A DNA stretch of 64,000 bases from Geosiphon pyriformis uo1. Taxonomy: Eukaryota > Fungi > Glomeromycota. The translations under genes were made by a program, and so were the position numbers. The notes beneath the pieces are model-generated. The model searched no databases. It was not told the DNA's origin and was given only the letters and a program-made list of their open reading frames with translations. Of the stretch, positions 23,840 through 37,869 are shown piece by piece (the stretch's first letter is position 1; each line of letters opens with the position of its first letter). The stretch spans positions 379,538 to 443,537 of the forward strand of contig JAAOMT010000128.1 in the NCBI GenBank assembly GCA_016748015.1, written 5' to 3'.

Positions 23840-24470
23840 TCCACTCAAATACAAAGACTGTGAAAAGAAACTTTTTTCCATGGGAGCATGAATTGTGCCA
23901 GACAAAGACCACTGGATGCAAACCCATTACTATTGTAAGCTATGCCATAGAAAATGCTATGGCTACTCAAAGAAACAGAGCAAGTGGAACAATAAACTAT
24001 GTCTTACTTGCAGCGAACAACTGCTTGACAAAGGAATATGGAATGACATTCCTGGTTGAGGAGGAATGTGCGACACTTCATGCTAATACACAATCTTCAT
24101 TAATGACTGGGTGAGTCGTGGTACTCCGATTATAACAGCATGACACCGAGCACTCAATCGTTTAGATGGTTACTTCAACGACAAAAAGGAGATCTGGCAA
24201 ATGGCCAATGCCAAAGTAGAAGGTACTACACCCAATAAAATACTGGAAATTAAGAACAATTCTCCAGAACTGGTCAATATCATTTGTATTCCTAACCCAG
24301 ATGCTTTCATGGACAAAAAAACAGGTCTAGAAGACTTCCACAAATACTACCAAAATTTGGCACCTATAAGAAAAAAGCAAGAGCAGTGTTTAGAACAACT
24401 AAACATCCAATTATGTGACCACTGTTTGATTCTCTGTGACTTCTAATATTGTAATAAGTGTGATCTCATT
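23840..24470 (+). pseudogene. C Cys-rich domain
   Basis: KDCEKK, HYYCK, CLTC, GGMCDTSC, LCDHCLILCDF-YCNKCD. Confidence 0.7.
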
Positions 24471-24719
24471 TACAATTCACTACTACACATAATCTACATA
24501 ATCCTGGAGGAAATCAAATCAATCAGCAGCTGCGCATCCAAATCAGAATTACCGTTCAATCCCAATTCAAACTCTGACAACAACGACAACAAAAACACTG
24601 GTTCCAGCTCCATTCAAATTGATGATAACAACAATGATGATTTCAACTCAGATTCAAACTTCGACCCAAAATATGAACAATACATTGCACTGCCAGACCT
24701 CTCCAAAGAACAGGAGTTA

Positions 24720-25145
24720 AAATGGTATAGTGACAATAATGAAAGTATTATGCCAGAACACATGCATAATACTAATGTCAGGTTTGATCTGAGGTATCCA
24801 GAAAAAGATGCCATCAAATTGGAACCACATTTACATACTTGTATTGATCTGAAAGTAGCATTAAAAATCCCAACAACAACAATAATTCAATTAGCATCTA
24901 GGAATAGTTTAGTAAAAAGAGAGATTAATATAAGAGGAGAAATAATTGACACAGGATATGTAAGAAATATCATTGCTATGCTACAAAACAACTCTAAAAA
25001 GGCCTATATCATAGAACTAAACAAAAAGATAGCACAGGCAATATTCTTGCCTCTAGTGAAAATAGCACAGTTAGTATCAGTAGGAAATAGAGAGGAATTA
25101 GGGATAACAGCAAGAGGAATACAGGGATTTGAATCAATGGGTAGA
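24720..25145 (+). pseudogene. dut: C dUTPase
   Basis: FDL, SRNSL, IIDTGY, KIAQAI, RGIQGFES-G. Confidence 0.88.
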
Positions 25146-25659
25146 ATAGATGTACCAGTCAATATAGCAGAAAAAAAAATTGTTGACTAAGAAAAAATTA
25201 TCTCAATGGATCAAACAATTTTCATTCCACCATATAGCCAGTACATAGTAGAAATAAAGCAAGAAATAAAAGAACAGAATCAGATTTTTGAAGCAGAACC
25301 AACTCTTTGTGAATCAGGAGAGATTGGACTCATCAATCTTCATATACCAGCCAAAGATTACAGCCACATCAAAATTTCCATCTATAATAACACAGGAAAT
25401 GTCATAGTAATACCAGCCAGAACCATCATTGGATACTTAAGTACTGAAATAAAGAATCAACTACCAAGCACTATTCCAGACTTTCCATAGCTTTGTGAAT
25501 ATGTCGATATCACATCACAAACAATATATGGACGAAGCAAATGTTATTTGCTCCAACCAGAGCAATTGGAACAAATGAACATGGAAAACTTAGACCCACT
25601 CCAACATATGCAGCTCAAGATGTTGCTCAACAATTTCAACAACATTTTTGCCAGCGAAA

Positions 25660-26974
25660 ATGAGTTTGGCCAAACTAACATCATCTAGCATCAAATCAAG
25701 ACTAGAGATGCAATGCCAATTAAACAAAGAGCATACAGAGTACCACCAGCTAGCCATAAAATCATTCGTCAAGAGATAAACCAAATGCTTAACAACAGGC
25801 TAATTCAATTATCAATGAGCCCATGATCATCACCAATGGTACTTGTCCAAAAGAAGAATGAAAAAATCTGATTTTGTGTGGACTACAGAAAACTCAATAG
25901 TGTAACTCGTGGAGACAGCTATCCAACTCTAAGAATACAAAAATTGTTTGACACTTTTGGCGGAAACAAATGGTTCTCAACATTAGACTTAGACAGTGGT
26001 TACTAGTAAGTAGCCATGGATCCAGCCAACAAGGAGAAGATGGCATTCACCACTAGAGAAGGGAATTTTGAATTTGAAGTAATGCCCTTTGGCTTAACCA
26101 ATGCCCAGCCACTTTCCAATGGCTAATGGAAATTGTTTATACTGGCTTATTGTAGAAATCAATAGTTGTATACTTGGATGACACCAATGTATTCTCAAAA
26201 ACATTTGATGATCATCTTTATCATCTTCAACAAATGTTCGAAAGACTAAGAAGAGCAGGACTAAAGTTAAATGCAACAAAGTGCTTCTTTGGCAAGACAA
26301 AACTAAAATTTTTGGAACACATAGTTAGCAAAGATGGCATCAAAACGGATCCAGAGAAAATAGAGATAGTAAAAAACTTTCCAGTACCAATTAATGTAAC
26401 TAAATTGAAATCATTCTTGGGATTTGCAAGCTATTATTAATGCTTTATAAAGAACTTTTCAAAGATAGCTTAACCACTCAATAATCTGCAAACTAAGAAT
26501 ACAAAATATGAATGAACAGAAAGTCAATAGGAAGCTTTTGATATTCTGAAAAAAAAGCTTATTCAAGCTCCAGTACTGATCTACCCAGATCACAACAAAC
26601 CATTCATTATTACCACTGATATATTAGGCCAAGCATTGGGAGCAGTACTATTTCAGAAGGGACCAGACAGCAGAGAACATCCAGTAGCATATGCCAGCTG
26701 AGGTCTAACACCAGCCAAAAAAAACTATGAAACATCAGAACTAGAACATTTAGCAATCTATTGGGCAGTCATAAAGTAGAACAAATACTTGAGCCAAAAG
26801 TTTAATATATACACGGATCATAAAGGGTTAACATCACTTTAAAAGCAAGAATTTGATGACAGTCACCAATCCAGATGGAAAATGGCACTCTCACAATATA
26901 CTTATACTATACATTATAAGAAAGGAAAAGACAACAAAAATGCCGACAGTTTGTCGTGAATAAGACAAATCTAA
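25660..26974 (+). pseudogene. pol: C RT-RNase H
   Basis: VDYRKLN, MPFGL, YLDD, PVAYAS; stop at 26972-26974. Confidence 0.88.
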
Positions 26975-27036
26975 GAACATTTCAATCCAAAAATATAACA
27001 AAACCAGAACAATACCAATGAAAAATATAACAAAAG

Positions 27037-28419
27037 ATGAACATACAAAAATATTAACAACTTCAACATTATATAAACACTTAACAGTTTAAGGAGAATT
27101 TATCTCAAATGGAATGAAAGAGTATCAAACAACAATCAAAATATTTTATCACTCACTAAAATATACTTTATCAGAAAAATAGAAGAGATTTAGATCAACC
27201 AACCAAAGTAATAACAGAGCCAGAAAAAGAGACAATATTATTCAACATGCACTCAAATCCAACAGCAGGACACTTTCACAAAGAAGCAACCATGGAAAGA
27301 ACCAGAAAAAGATACTATTGGCCATCAATGTATCCAGACATCATCCAATATGTTCAAAATTGTGACGCTTGTCAGCAAAAAGAAGGAACAAGACCCAGTG
27401 AACCATTAAGACCAATCAAAGTGAGACAACTATTTAACCATATTGGAATTGATTTAGTCGGACCATTAACAATCACCAGCAGAGGAAACAGATACATAGC
27501 AGTAGCCATGGACTATTTTACTAAATGGCCAGAGGTGAAAGCAATTCAAAAAGCAGATATAGAATCTGTTGCCGAATTCGTTTATTAGGATTTGATTTGT
27601 CAACATGGATGTCCAAAAGAATTATTATCAGACCAAGGAACGCATTTTGTGAACAGAACATTAACAGAATTGAGCCAAAAATTCAGAATTAAGAGACCAT
27701 TATCATCACCATACCATCCACAAACCAACGGATTAGTCAAAAGATTCAACAGAACATTGTGTGAAGCAATAGCTAAGCTCAACCAAGAAAACCAGAACGA
27801 TTGGGATTTGTTAATACCATTAGTACTATTTGCTTATCAGACAATAAAGCAAGATACTATACAAGCAACACTATTTGAATTAGTATATAGTAGAACAGCA
27901 ACACTACCAATGGAAATAGAAGTCAGCACATACCCAACTGAACCAATAACAGAAGAGAATTTCAAAAACACATTGTTGAGAAAAACATATGACTTAATAG
28001 AAACATTAAAAAACAAATGACAGAGAGCAGCTGATAATATACAAAGGTCACAAGAGAAACAAAAAGAAAGACATTATAACCAACTACCAGATAAACCAGT
28101 TGAATTCAAGATTGAAGACAAAGTACTACTACATTGTACCAAAGCAGAAAAACAATGGAGTGGAAAATTTGACCCCAAATGGGATGGACCATTTCACATA
28201 GAAGAAATTCTAGGAAATGGAGCTTACAAATTAAGATTAAATAACAAAATCTTGACCAAAGCAGCACATGGAGATCGACTGAAACCATACCACCATATAG
28301 TATTATCATCCACCAGTAATATTCCACAACTGAGAGTACAGAGAATAATAGTCCAACCAGATGAGATTTCACGAGATCTGGAACCAATCATTATCATTGA
28401 TAACAACATGTCTAATTGA
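27037..28419 (+). pseudogene. C integrase (separate ORF)
   Basis: MNIQKY start; GHF, YYWP, CDACQ, SDQG, YHPQTNGLV, WDGPF, LEPIIIID. Confidence 0.9.
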
Positions 28420-28444
28420 TCAACAGAAAGAATATATAAAGACA

Positions 28445-29100
28445 TGGTTAACATGACGGAAAAACACAGAAAAATGGAAATTACCAACAACATCTATTTA
28501 TTAGCACAACAAATCTTTCAATTAATCCAACACCAGGAGATGGAAATTACAATCAATCAACAAACTATTCGATACAAAAGCACTGCAAGGATACCACAAC
28601 ACAAAGTACAGAGAAAACTCGAAAATGTTGTTGACAAGATCATGACCAAGGTAAAATTGGCCATAAAAGAACAATGAATAGTCAAATTACACCAAGAACT
28701 TACTGGAGAAACTTGGACTTGGTGAATGTAACAATTTCCGAAAAACTATTGTTATTTTCACTTGGGACAACACATAAATATCCAGAATTTGTATATTGAC
28801 AAAACAAAATGGTTATTCGACACAACAATACTGAGACAACTGGAACAATTTGTGGGAAAAAACAATCTGACCACACAAGCTCAAGCCATTTACTGGCTAT
28901 ATATGGGATTTCAAGACTGACCAAAAATCTTATTTAACACAGCAATAGATACAGTTACGAGTAATCAATTGAGAAAAATGACCAACACCCAATTTGAAGA
29001 ACTACAAACTCAAATAACACAAGTAATACTTGAAAAAAAAGTTCAAGAAATAATTCAAGAAGGGGAATTAAAAGAGTTAGATTTTAACAAAGCTCAATAT
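28445..29100 (+). pseudogene. C ORF3 (unknown accessory protein)
   Basis: LAQQIFQLIQHQEMEITINQQTIRYK aligns with D LSKQLFETIQKFSAQIEITINKKEIRYK. Confidence 0.65.
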
Positions 29101-29116
29101 TAAAAGAAGGGAATAA

Positions 29117-30039
29117 TGTTACTCATAAAATATAGGAAGTATATTATTATTAGCAAGTAGATATTAGCCAATCAGAAGTAGACATAGTAAATGTGGAATT
29201 CCAGAATTTCTCTCAGAAGAATTGCAGAATTCCAGGAATTTCAGAATTCTTTGGCGAGGAATTACAGGATTCCAGAATTCCAGAATTTCTCTCATCAGGA
29301 ATTGCAGGATTCCAGGAATTCCAGAATTCCTGTCACAAGAAATTGAAGAATTAAGGGATCTCAAATATGTATATATAGCAGTAGTGTTAAAAGTAGAAGA
29401 GAAAGAACACCAAGAATCCTTAACTTAGTTACTACAATCCTCAAATAAATAATTATTCATTATATTAAATTTATTCTTCACTATCAACACTTCATGTTGA
29501 TAATAACTGATATTTAACTATACTGGAACAATAGCTCTTGATCACAGCTATTGATGGAATACTAACTTGCAAATCATTTTGGCTTATTTCTTATTTTTTT
29601 TTTTATCTTTTCTTTATTTTCTTTGTTGTCTACTAACTTGATTAAAAAATTTACTCCTGGAAGACTTATGGAGGAATAAAATTTACTTAAACAATACTTA
29701 CTCTTGGAGGACTTATGGAGGAATAAACTTGCTTAAACAATACTTACTCTTGGAAGACTTACGGAGGAACTGACGTCAGGAAACAGCACTAGTATACACT
29801 TATGGAGGATATCGTATCAGGAGAATTATTAACCATCAAGCTGAGTAAGCAATTGACGAAACTATGGTTTCAAGAAACTACTGATAAACTGTTACCATTG
29901 AATCTCTGTTCATTATACAAAAAACTCAATTGGAAAATCTTCAGATAAATACCTTCAGATTATCATCGTCATCAATTGCTTTGAGCACCAAGTTACAGGT
30001 TTGTTATTTACTTGACACCTCAAAGAATTACCTGTAACA
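29117..30039 (+). repeat. C 3' LTR
   Basis: Repeat of 19699-20620. Confidence 0.93.
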
Positions 30040-32350
30040 CTGCACAATGGACACAAAAAGACTTGGAGAACAAATCCATTAAAGCTTACTAAGATACTTA
30101 ACAACTACCACTACTCAAGCAATCATTGAAACCCTATACATAGTCGATATAAACATTAAACACTACATGACAAAATGATTCCCTCAAGTACAACAACCAG
30201 TAGAATCCGATCTGGAGGAATATGAGTACAGATCCAATAATCTCACAACTGTCTAAAACAAATCCACGGTCAACAAGAAACCAAGAGTTCTTTCCCCAAC
30301 AACTCCATCATATCATCAGACACTCCAAAGTAGAATTGTATTCAATCCACTCCCAGAAACCCAGTCAGAAACACTACAAACTTCTGAAAATTCACACCCT
30401 TGGAATCAACACAGTTGGACCAAATCACTAGGAGAATATGGATTGCTGTTTGGAAATCTTACCCCAACAGCCAGTCAAATAGAAGGAAACACATCAACTT
30501 GGAAACAACCACTAGCACAAAACCCAGCAGAATCAGCATCTCTCCTAATAGAAAAAACAGCTATTTTACAACCTATTGGTTCAAGTGACAAAGGAAAACA
30601 ACCAGCATTAGCACCCAGAGAACACTCAAATATGTAAACACCAATCCCTTTAAACATAACCAGTAACACCCCACCTATTAACCAGATTATGGCTTACCAG
30701 AATATCACTAAATTGGAGAAATTCTCTGGCAAAGAAGATAACACGTATTTGTGGATTGTGGAAGCCAAGAAAGCAATTACCACCAACAACTGGGATAATG
30801 ACAGAGCTATTTAAGTGCTGCCATTTTTTCTAACTGGAACTACAGACTTATGATATCAAAGTCTTGCAGAGAAACCAACTGACTTTCCCACCTTTAAACT
30901 TGCTTTTCTGCAATACTTTTGTGACCCCAACACTCTCATCAGATTACAAAATCAGTTCAGTATTATAAAACAAAAAGACTATGAAACAGTAACCACTTAT
31001 CTTAGACAATTCAACCAAATCCTTTATCAAATCCAGACTATTGAAAGGGATTACTACACTGTGGCACAAATCCTTAACCAATTTGTTAAAGGATTAAAAA
31101 GCAGTCTCTTCCAATCCATAAGACCTTATCACCCAATAAACTTACAAAAAGCAGTCACTCTTGCTTGTGATTTTGAGTCAGCTGAACAAGAAGCAAATCA
31201 TACTTAAGCCATTAACTTAGCCATCAATGGAACCTCTGACATTGATGCAAAAATAATCCAATTAAGTGAGAAATTAATGAAAAAAATTGAGGGCTTCTTA
31301 GCCAGAACTGCAGAAACTTACCAACCACTACAATGGAGAGAAAATAACAATAACAGCAGATATCAACAGCAACAAAACCATCAACAACAGCAACAATCTT
31401 GGAGATCTGATTCCCGCAACTGTTACTACTGCCAGAAACCTGGACACATTGCTCAGAACTGCAGAAAGAAGATCATGGACCAAAATCAAAGAAACCAATA
31501 CCAGCAACCAAGATATCAGCAAAGCATGGTATTCCAATATCCCATACTTCAAAATTAACCACCCCAATATGCACAACAAGTCCCATACACTCAACCACCA
31601 TCCCAAAATTATTATCAACCATTGTCAATGACACAAGCAATTTCTTACTATCCAACTCCCCCTTACAGCCTATCCAGACCTTGAGCTATAGACTATAATC
31701 AAGGATGGAAGAATCTCAACAACAATCAGGTGCAAACCAACAGTGGACCATTTCGACCAATCTCTCGCAGTCCTGCCCAATCTTGACCAATACCAACCAG
31801 ATACCCAAATCAAGCTTCCTACCTCAGTCTCACAGAAGACCAGGGTTTTGATAAATCTACACCTGTGGAAGGAACTAATGTAGAGCAAATCTTCAAACCT
31901 TCCAAGCAAACAAAAAGCAATATCCTACTAGCCACTATTACTGAGAACACCACCCTAGCTGCCATATTTCTTTTTGACATTGATAATTTGAACACCCATA
32001 GCCTTTTTAGTAGAGCAGCCATCAATCAGGATAAACCAATAATAGCTCTATACACTGATGCCAGAGTTGGAAGAATAGACATTAAATTAATTCTGGATAG
32101 CAAATTAGCCAGTAGCATAATCATGAAGCAACTCATGGATCAACTAGATGACTGAGTAGACCATGTTGTTACTACCCAGATTATTACAGCAGATGGTAAC
32201 ACGAAAACCCCAATAGGAGAAATTGACAACTTCCCCTTTAAGATTAATGGAATCCAGATCCCTACCAAAGTACTTATCATAGAAGCTACTCTATATCAAG
32301 CTCTAGTAGGAAATGATTGGTTGTTAAAAGCCAATGCTACTCTCGACTGG
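30040..32350 (+). pseudogene. gag: D gag (begins at 19540-19698) and protease
   Basis: ITKLEKFSG, CYYCQKPGHIAQNC, LILDS, LVGNDWL. Confidence 0.85.
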
Positions 32351-33419
32351 AACACTCAAGAACTTTAATTCACATTCAACAGACAGCATGCCCAAGTCCC
32401 AGCTATGTGCAGATACTTTAAAACCCAATGTACCAAGAAATCTCTTATTGAATTTGAAGACACACTACTGCCACCAACTATCAAGACCTATCAAGTTTCA
32501 TGGACGGATGATTATCAAACTGAATTACCCCCACCACCAACCTGAGAAGAAAAAAGAAAAGGCAGAGCAGAAGAGAAACTCCAATTGTCATCACTAGGAT
32601 ACATAACCTCAGACCAAAAAAACTTATTTTATCAACCTCCAAGACTCATATATGTTGATTGTAGAAAGAAGCTATCTACTATGAGTGCATATATCAGAGA
32701 CAACAAAGAATGGTCTACTGCCACCAAATACTACTGCAGATCTTGTTTACTGGACAGATTTGGGTAACCAAAATGACAAGATAAATAGGACAATACACCA
32801 TGCCTTGTCTGTGGTGAGATCCTGTCAGATAAAAGACTCTGGAATGATGTACTTGGCAGAGGAGGGACATGTGATGAAACATGTCAATATACTATCTTGA
32901 TCAATGATTGGATATGAAAAAGAACCCCAATCGAAGACGCCTGAAAACGAGCACTTAATCGATTGGATGGGTACTTACACAATGAACACGAAATATGGAA
33001 AATGGCAAATGCCAAAGCCAAAGATGTCACACTTAGCGAAATTCAAGAAATCAAAGAAAATCCATTTGTACCCGAATACGATAAACCTGATTACATTACC
33101 GAAGAGTTCTTTACTAACAACCCAGATGCATTTTAGGATTGTTACCAAGAATTGGCCCCAACCCAAAAAAACAGAAATAGAGACTAGCTGACCTAAACAC
33201 AAAACTATGTGATCATTGCCTGATCTTTTGCCATTTTCAGTACTGTAACAAATGTGATCTCATGTTCAATCCACTGCCAAGAACATTATATCCTATTGAC
33301 AAACTACTAAAACCCAAAGAAAAAGCCGAGTTAATAGCTGAGGACATACCATTTCAAGAGCCAAACAAGGCTACTGAAACAGAACAATATCTCGCATATC
33401 CCGACCTTTCCAAAGAATT

Positions 33420-33850
33420 AGAATTGAAATAGTATAGTAATAATAATAAGGAAATCTGCTCTGAAAAAGCACATAACACCAATGCTGGTTTCGATTTATG
33501 ATACTCTGGACAATCATTTCTAGTCATAGCCCCACATTTCCTAGTAAGCATAGATCTCAAAATAGCATTAGAAATTCCAGTTAATACTATGGTACAAGTA
33601 GCATTTAGATCTAGCCTTGCAAAAAAAAAAATTGATGTAAAAAGAGGAATTATCGATGCCAATTACACAGAGAACATTATTGTGATGCTACAGAACAATT
33701 CAAATAGGTCCTACAAAATAGAATCACATGACAAAATAGCTTAAGCTATCTTCTTGTCTCTGATGAAAATACCACAATTAATTCCAGTTACTACTCGCAA
33801 AGAGTTAGGCCTTACTGTCTGAGGAATCAATGGGTTTGAATCAAGTAGAA
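33420..33850 (+). pseudogene. dut: D dUTPase, preceded by a Cys-rich domain at about 32640-33270
   Basis: NAGFDL, RSSLA, GIIDANYT, KIA-AI, GINGFESS. Confidence 0.85.
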
Positions 33851-34359
33851 GAGGAAATATACCAGTCAATCTCACGAAGAAAGACAGTGATCAGATAGAA
33901 CTTATTTATACCAATATCATCATTTCCATTCCTTTTTATTGACAATATCTCCTCAAAGTGAATCAGAAAATCCAAGACCAGGCACTGCTATTTAAAGCCA
34001 ACCCTGAAATTTGCTCTCTAGCTGACATCACTAACTTGTATTTACCAGCAAAGGCTCATAAACACTTCAAAATCTTCATTCACAATCCAACTGAAAATGT
34101 TATAGAAATTTCTGAGGGAACTCTCATTGGTTCCATATCCGCAGATATTCAGAACTCTGAGAAACTCCAGTCTATTCCAGATTTTGCACAATTGTTCTTA
34201 TTCTACAACATTACGTTACAAGTATAGAATTTGCCAAAAGAAAGTTACTTGTTTACACTAGAAAAGATCAATAAATTGAATTTAGAAAACTTAAGTACCC
34301 TGCAATAAATGCAATTCAAAGTCCTTCTGAATTAGTATGCCAATGTCTTTGCCAGTGAA

Positions 34360-35665
34360 AATAAGTTTGGATGCACCAACATTGTAAAGCATCAGATTGA
34401 TACAAAAGATGCTCGACCAATTAAGCAACAAGCTTACTGAGTACTCCCATCTGGTGATAATTTAATTAAGCAAGAAGTACAATAGATGCTTGACAACAGT
34501 TTAATCAAAGAATTGTTAAGTCCATGGTCTTTTCTAGTAGTCTTAGTTACTAAGAAAAATGAAAAGGTATGATTTTGCATGGACTACAGGAAACTAAACA
34601 GTATTACTCAAGGAGATAGTTATCTCACTCTCTTCATTCAAGAAATTCTAGACAATCTAGGAAAAAAGAAATGGTTCTTATCATTAGATCTAGCAAGTGG
34701 TTATTGGCAAGTTGAAATGGACCCCAAAGACAAAGAAAAAACAGTATTTACCACTCGAGACAAAAACTTTGAGTTTAACATAATGCCTTTTGGATTTTGC
34801 AATACTCCCATCACATTCCAATGTCTCATGGATATCATATACAAAGGAATTCTGTAGAAATTAGTCATAGTATATCTAGACAATACCAATGTCTTCTTTG
34901 AAATGTTCAATGATCATTTGCTCTATCTACAACAAGTCTTCAAACACCTTTATAAGGCCGAATTGAAACTCAACCCCAATAAATGCTTCTTTGAAAAAAC
35001 CGAGTTAAAATTTCTAGGACATGTAATCAGCAAAGATGGAGTTAAACCCAATCCAGATAAGATCCAAAAAGTCAAGAATTTTCCAGCCCCAATCAACTTT
35101 AGAGAATTATGAGGATTTTTAAGATTGGTAGGATATTATTGTCAATTTGTCAAAGGTTTCTCAAACATTGCAAAATCACTTCATTATTTGTTGTCCAAAT
35201 ACATACTATACTTATGGAAAGAAAATCAACAGAAGGCATTTGACTATCTCAAGCAGCAATTGATCACATCTCCAATCCTGATTTACCCAGATTTCACTAA
35301 ATGGTTCATTGTTGCTATGGACACCTCAAAAAATGCTCTAGGAACAGTCTTATCACAGATAGGACCAGACAATAGAAAACATCCAGTTGCCTACACCAGT
35401 CACAGCATAAACCCAGCAGAAAAGAATTATGGCACAACAAATTTGGAATGTCTTGCCATTTATTGGGTCATACAGACTTGGAAACATTACTTCAGTTAAC
35501 TATTTGACTTACAAAGGACTTATTTGGTTATTCAACAATTCACAACTAGAAAAAAAATATGTGAGATGGAATACTTATTTGCAACAATTCTCACTCAAAG
35601 TTTATTATAAGGAAAAATCCAAAAACACCAATGCCAACAGTTTGTCGAGAATGCCACAAACTTAA
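34360..35665 (+). pseudogene. pol: D RT-RNase H
   Basis: DYRKLN, DLASGYWQ, MPFG, YLDN, PVAY; ends SLSRMPQT-TAA. Confidence 0.9.
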
Positions 35666-35675
35666 TTCCAGACTC

Positions 35676-37042
35676 ATGAACACACTCACTTATCAATGAC
35701 TACATTAGTACCTATTGACACTATGTTTCAAGGAGATATTATCTCAACAGAAACAAAGTACCATATAAAAACAAGCCCAAAATTATTTTATTTAAGACAA
35801 CCAACTATATCGACAAGAATGCCAAAACCACCTCACTCCACAATAACTAATCAAGAACAGTAAAAGAGAAACTATACTATATAGTATGCACTCAGATCTG
35901 ATGTCAGGACATTTTAACAAAGATGCTACTCTCGAAAAAACACTAAATTTATATTATTGGTCAATGATATACAAAGACATTTTCGAATACATGCTCAATT
36001 GTAACACATGCCAGCAAAAAGAAGGAGTAAGATCAACAGAACCACTTTGACCCATTTCAGTTGGAAATCCATTTGATAAAATTGGGATCAATTTGGTTGG
36101 TCCTCTCTTAATTACATCCAAAAGAAATTGGTATATCACTGTAGTCATTGATTATCTTACAAAATGGCCAGAAGCCAGAGCAATTCAAGTGGCCAATGCC
36201 AAAACAGTAGCTGAGTTTGTACATTAAAACCTAATTTGCCGATATGGGTGTCTGAAAAAATTGTTATCCGATTAAGGAATGCATTTCGTCAATAATACAT
36301 TAACAGAATTAAGCCAATGGTTTGGTATAAAACGTTCTTTATCATCATCATACCACTTACAAACTAATAGACTGATAGAATAGTTTAACCAAACACTTTG
36401 TGAAGCACTAGTAAAAATAAGTCAAAAAAATAAACAAGAATGGGACTTATTCATACCTTCAGTACTCTTTACATACTGAATAGTAAAGCAAAATATAACA
36501 CACTTCACATTATTTGAACTAGTCTATGAAAAGAAAGCTACGTTACCTATTGAATGAAAAATATTATTCTACCCAATAGAAACAATCACTGAAGAAAATT
36601 TTAAAGCTACTTTGTACCACAGAATGTATCAGCTAATAGAAACGTTAAAAAACAATTGAAAAACAGCAGCTGATAACATTAGTAATACTCAAAAATGACA
36701 AAAGAAAAGACATGACAATTGCCTACCTGAACAACCAATGGAATTCAAGATTGGAGACCAGGTACTGTTACATCATACAAAAGCTAAGAAACAGTGAAGT
36801 GAAAGTTTGACTCAAAGTGAAATGGTCCATTCTACATACATGAAGCTTTAGGAAATGGAGCTTACAAACTATGATTGGAAGACAGGATTTTAAAGAAAGT
36901 AGCACATGGAAATTGGTTAAAAATTTATCATGCAAAACAGGAATCATTATCATTAGTACCTCAACTAGGAACACAAATTTCATTAATCAGACCAGAAAAT
37001 ATACCACGAGATCTAGAACCAATCATTATTATCGAAATGTAA
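35676..37042 (+). pseudogene. D integrase (separate ORF)
   Basis: MNTLTY start 10 nt after the RH stop; GHF, CNTCQ, DYLTKWPEA, GPF, LEPIIII. Confidence 0.88.
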
Positions 37043-37122
37043 ACAATGGACAGCAAATTAAATTGAGGAATTCAAATATATATAGCATCCGAAAAGCAGC
37101 AAAAAACGATAGAAATTTCAAC

Positions 37123-37850
37123 ATGGACCTTTCAGATCAAATTTTAAAATTATCTAAACAATTATTTGAAACAATTCAAAAATTTTCTGCTCAAATAGAA
37201 ATAACAATTAATAAAAAAGAGATACGATACAAAGATAAAAGCAGGAGAAAGAAGGTGAGAGTTCAATTAGAACTAAACATTCCCTCCTCTATCCACCACC
37301 CAAAAGGCAATGTTGGAGGAAAAATTGCCTTTGGGCAGGAAGTGAAAAAGAAAGAGGAAAAGAATGAGAAAAAGGTTATAAAAGAAGATACTTAGTTTCC
37401 GAGCTCAAAGAAATAAAAAAAGCTTTAGCTTGTGGGACCGAACTCTTCAAAACAAGAGAGTGGACACCTGACAATGCCCAGAAATAGAAAGAAAGACTTT
37501 TTCCAGCATATTGGTTCTACAAAATTAGAGAACAGTTTGACTTGAAAACATTATACAAAGACCTTAACCAGAAAACATTCAACAAAAAAGCAATACAATA
37601 AGTAGAAAAGTTCATAGGGAAAAACAACCTGCCCTACATTACAAAGCAGCATATTGACTATATGCCACTTTCCAACATTGTCTAAACATACTGGTGTATG
37701 AATCGATAAAGACGATAACAGTTAACAACATAGGACAAATTACCAATCGATAGTTCGAAAACCTACAAAAAACAGTACTTGACACAATCATTGAACATTA
37801 CATGAATAAAAACATAAAAACAGATACATACGATTTTGCAGGAGCTCAAT
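37123..37850 (+). pseudogene. D ORF3 (unknown accessory protein)
   Basis: MDLSDQILKLSKQLF N-terminus; C-terminal TITVNNIGQITNR-FENLQK. Confidence 0.6.
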
Positions 37851-37869
37851 TCTAAAAAGAGAGGGATAA

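Larger units (their letters stand above)
19699..30039 (+). mobile_element. Ty3/Gypsy LTR retrotransposon C, full length, inserted in the 5' part of D gag
   Basis: LTRs 19699-20620 and 29117-30039; flanks CCAC/CTGC (decayed CCGC); PBS 20621-20638; PPT 29102-29116. Confidence 0.93.
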
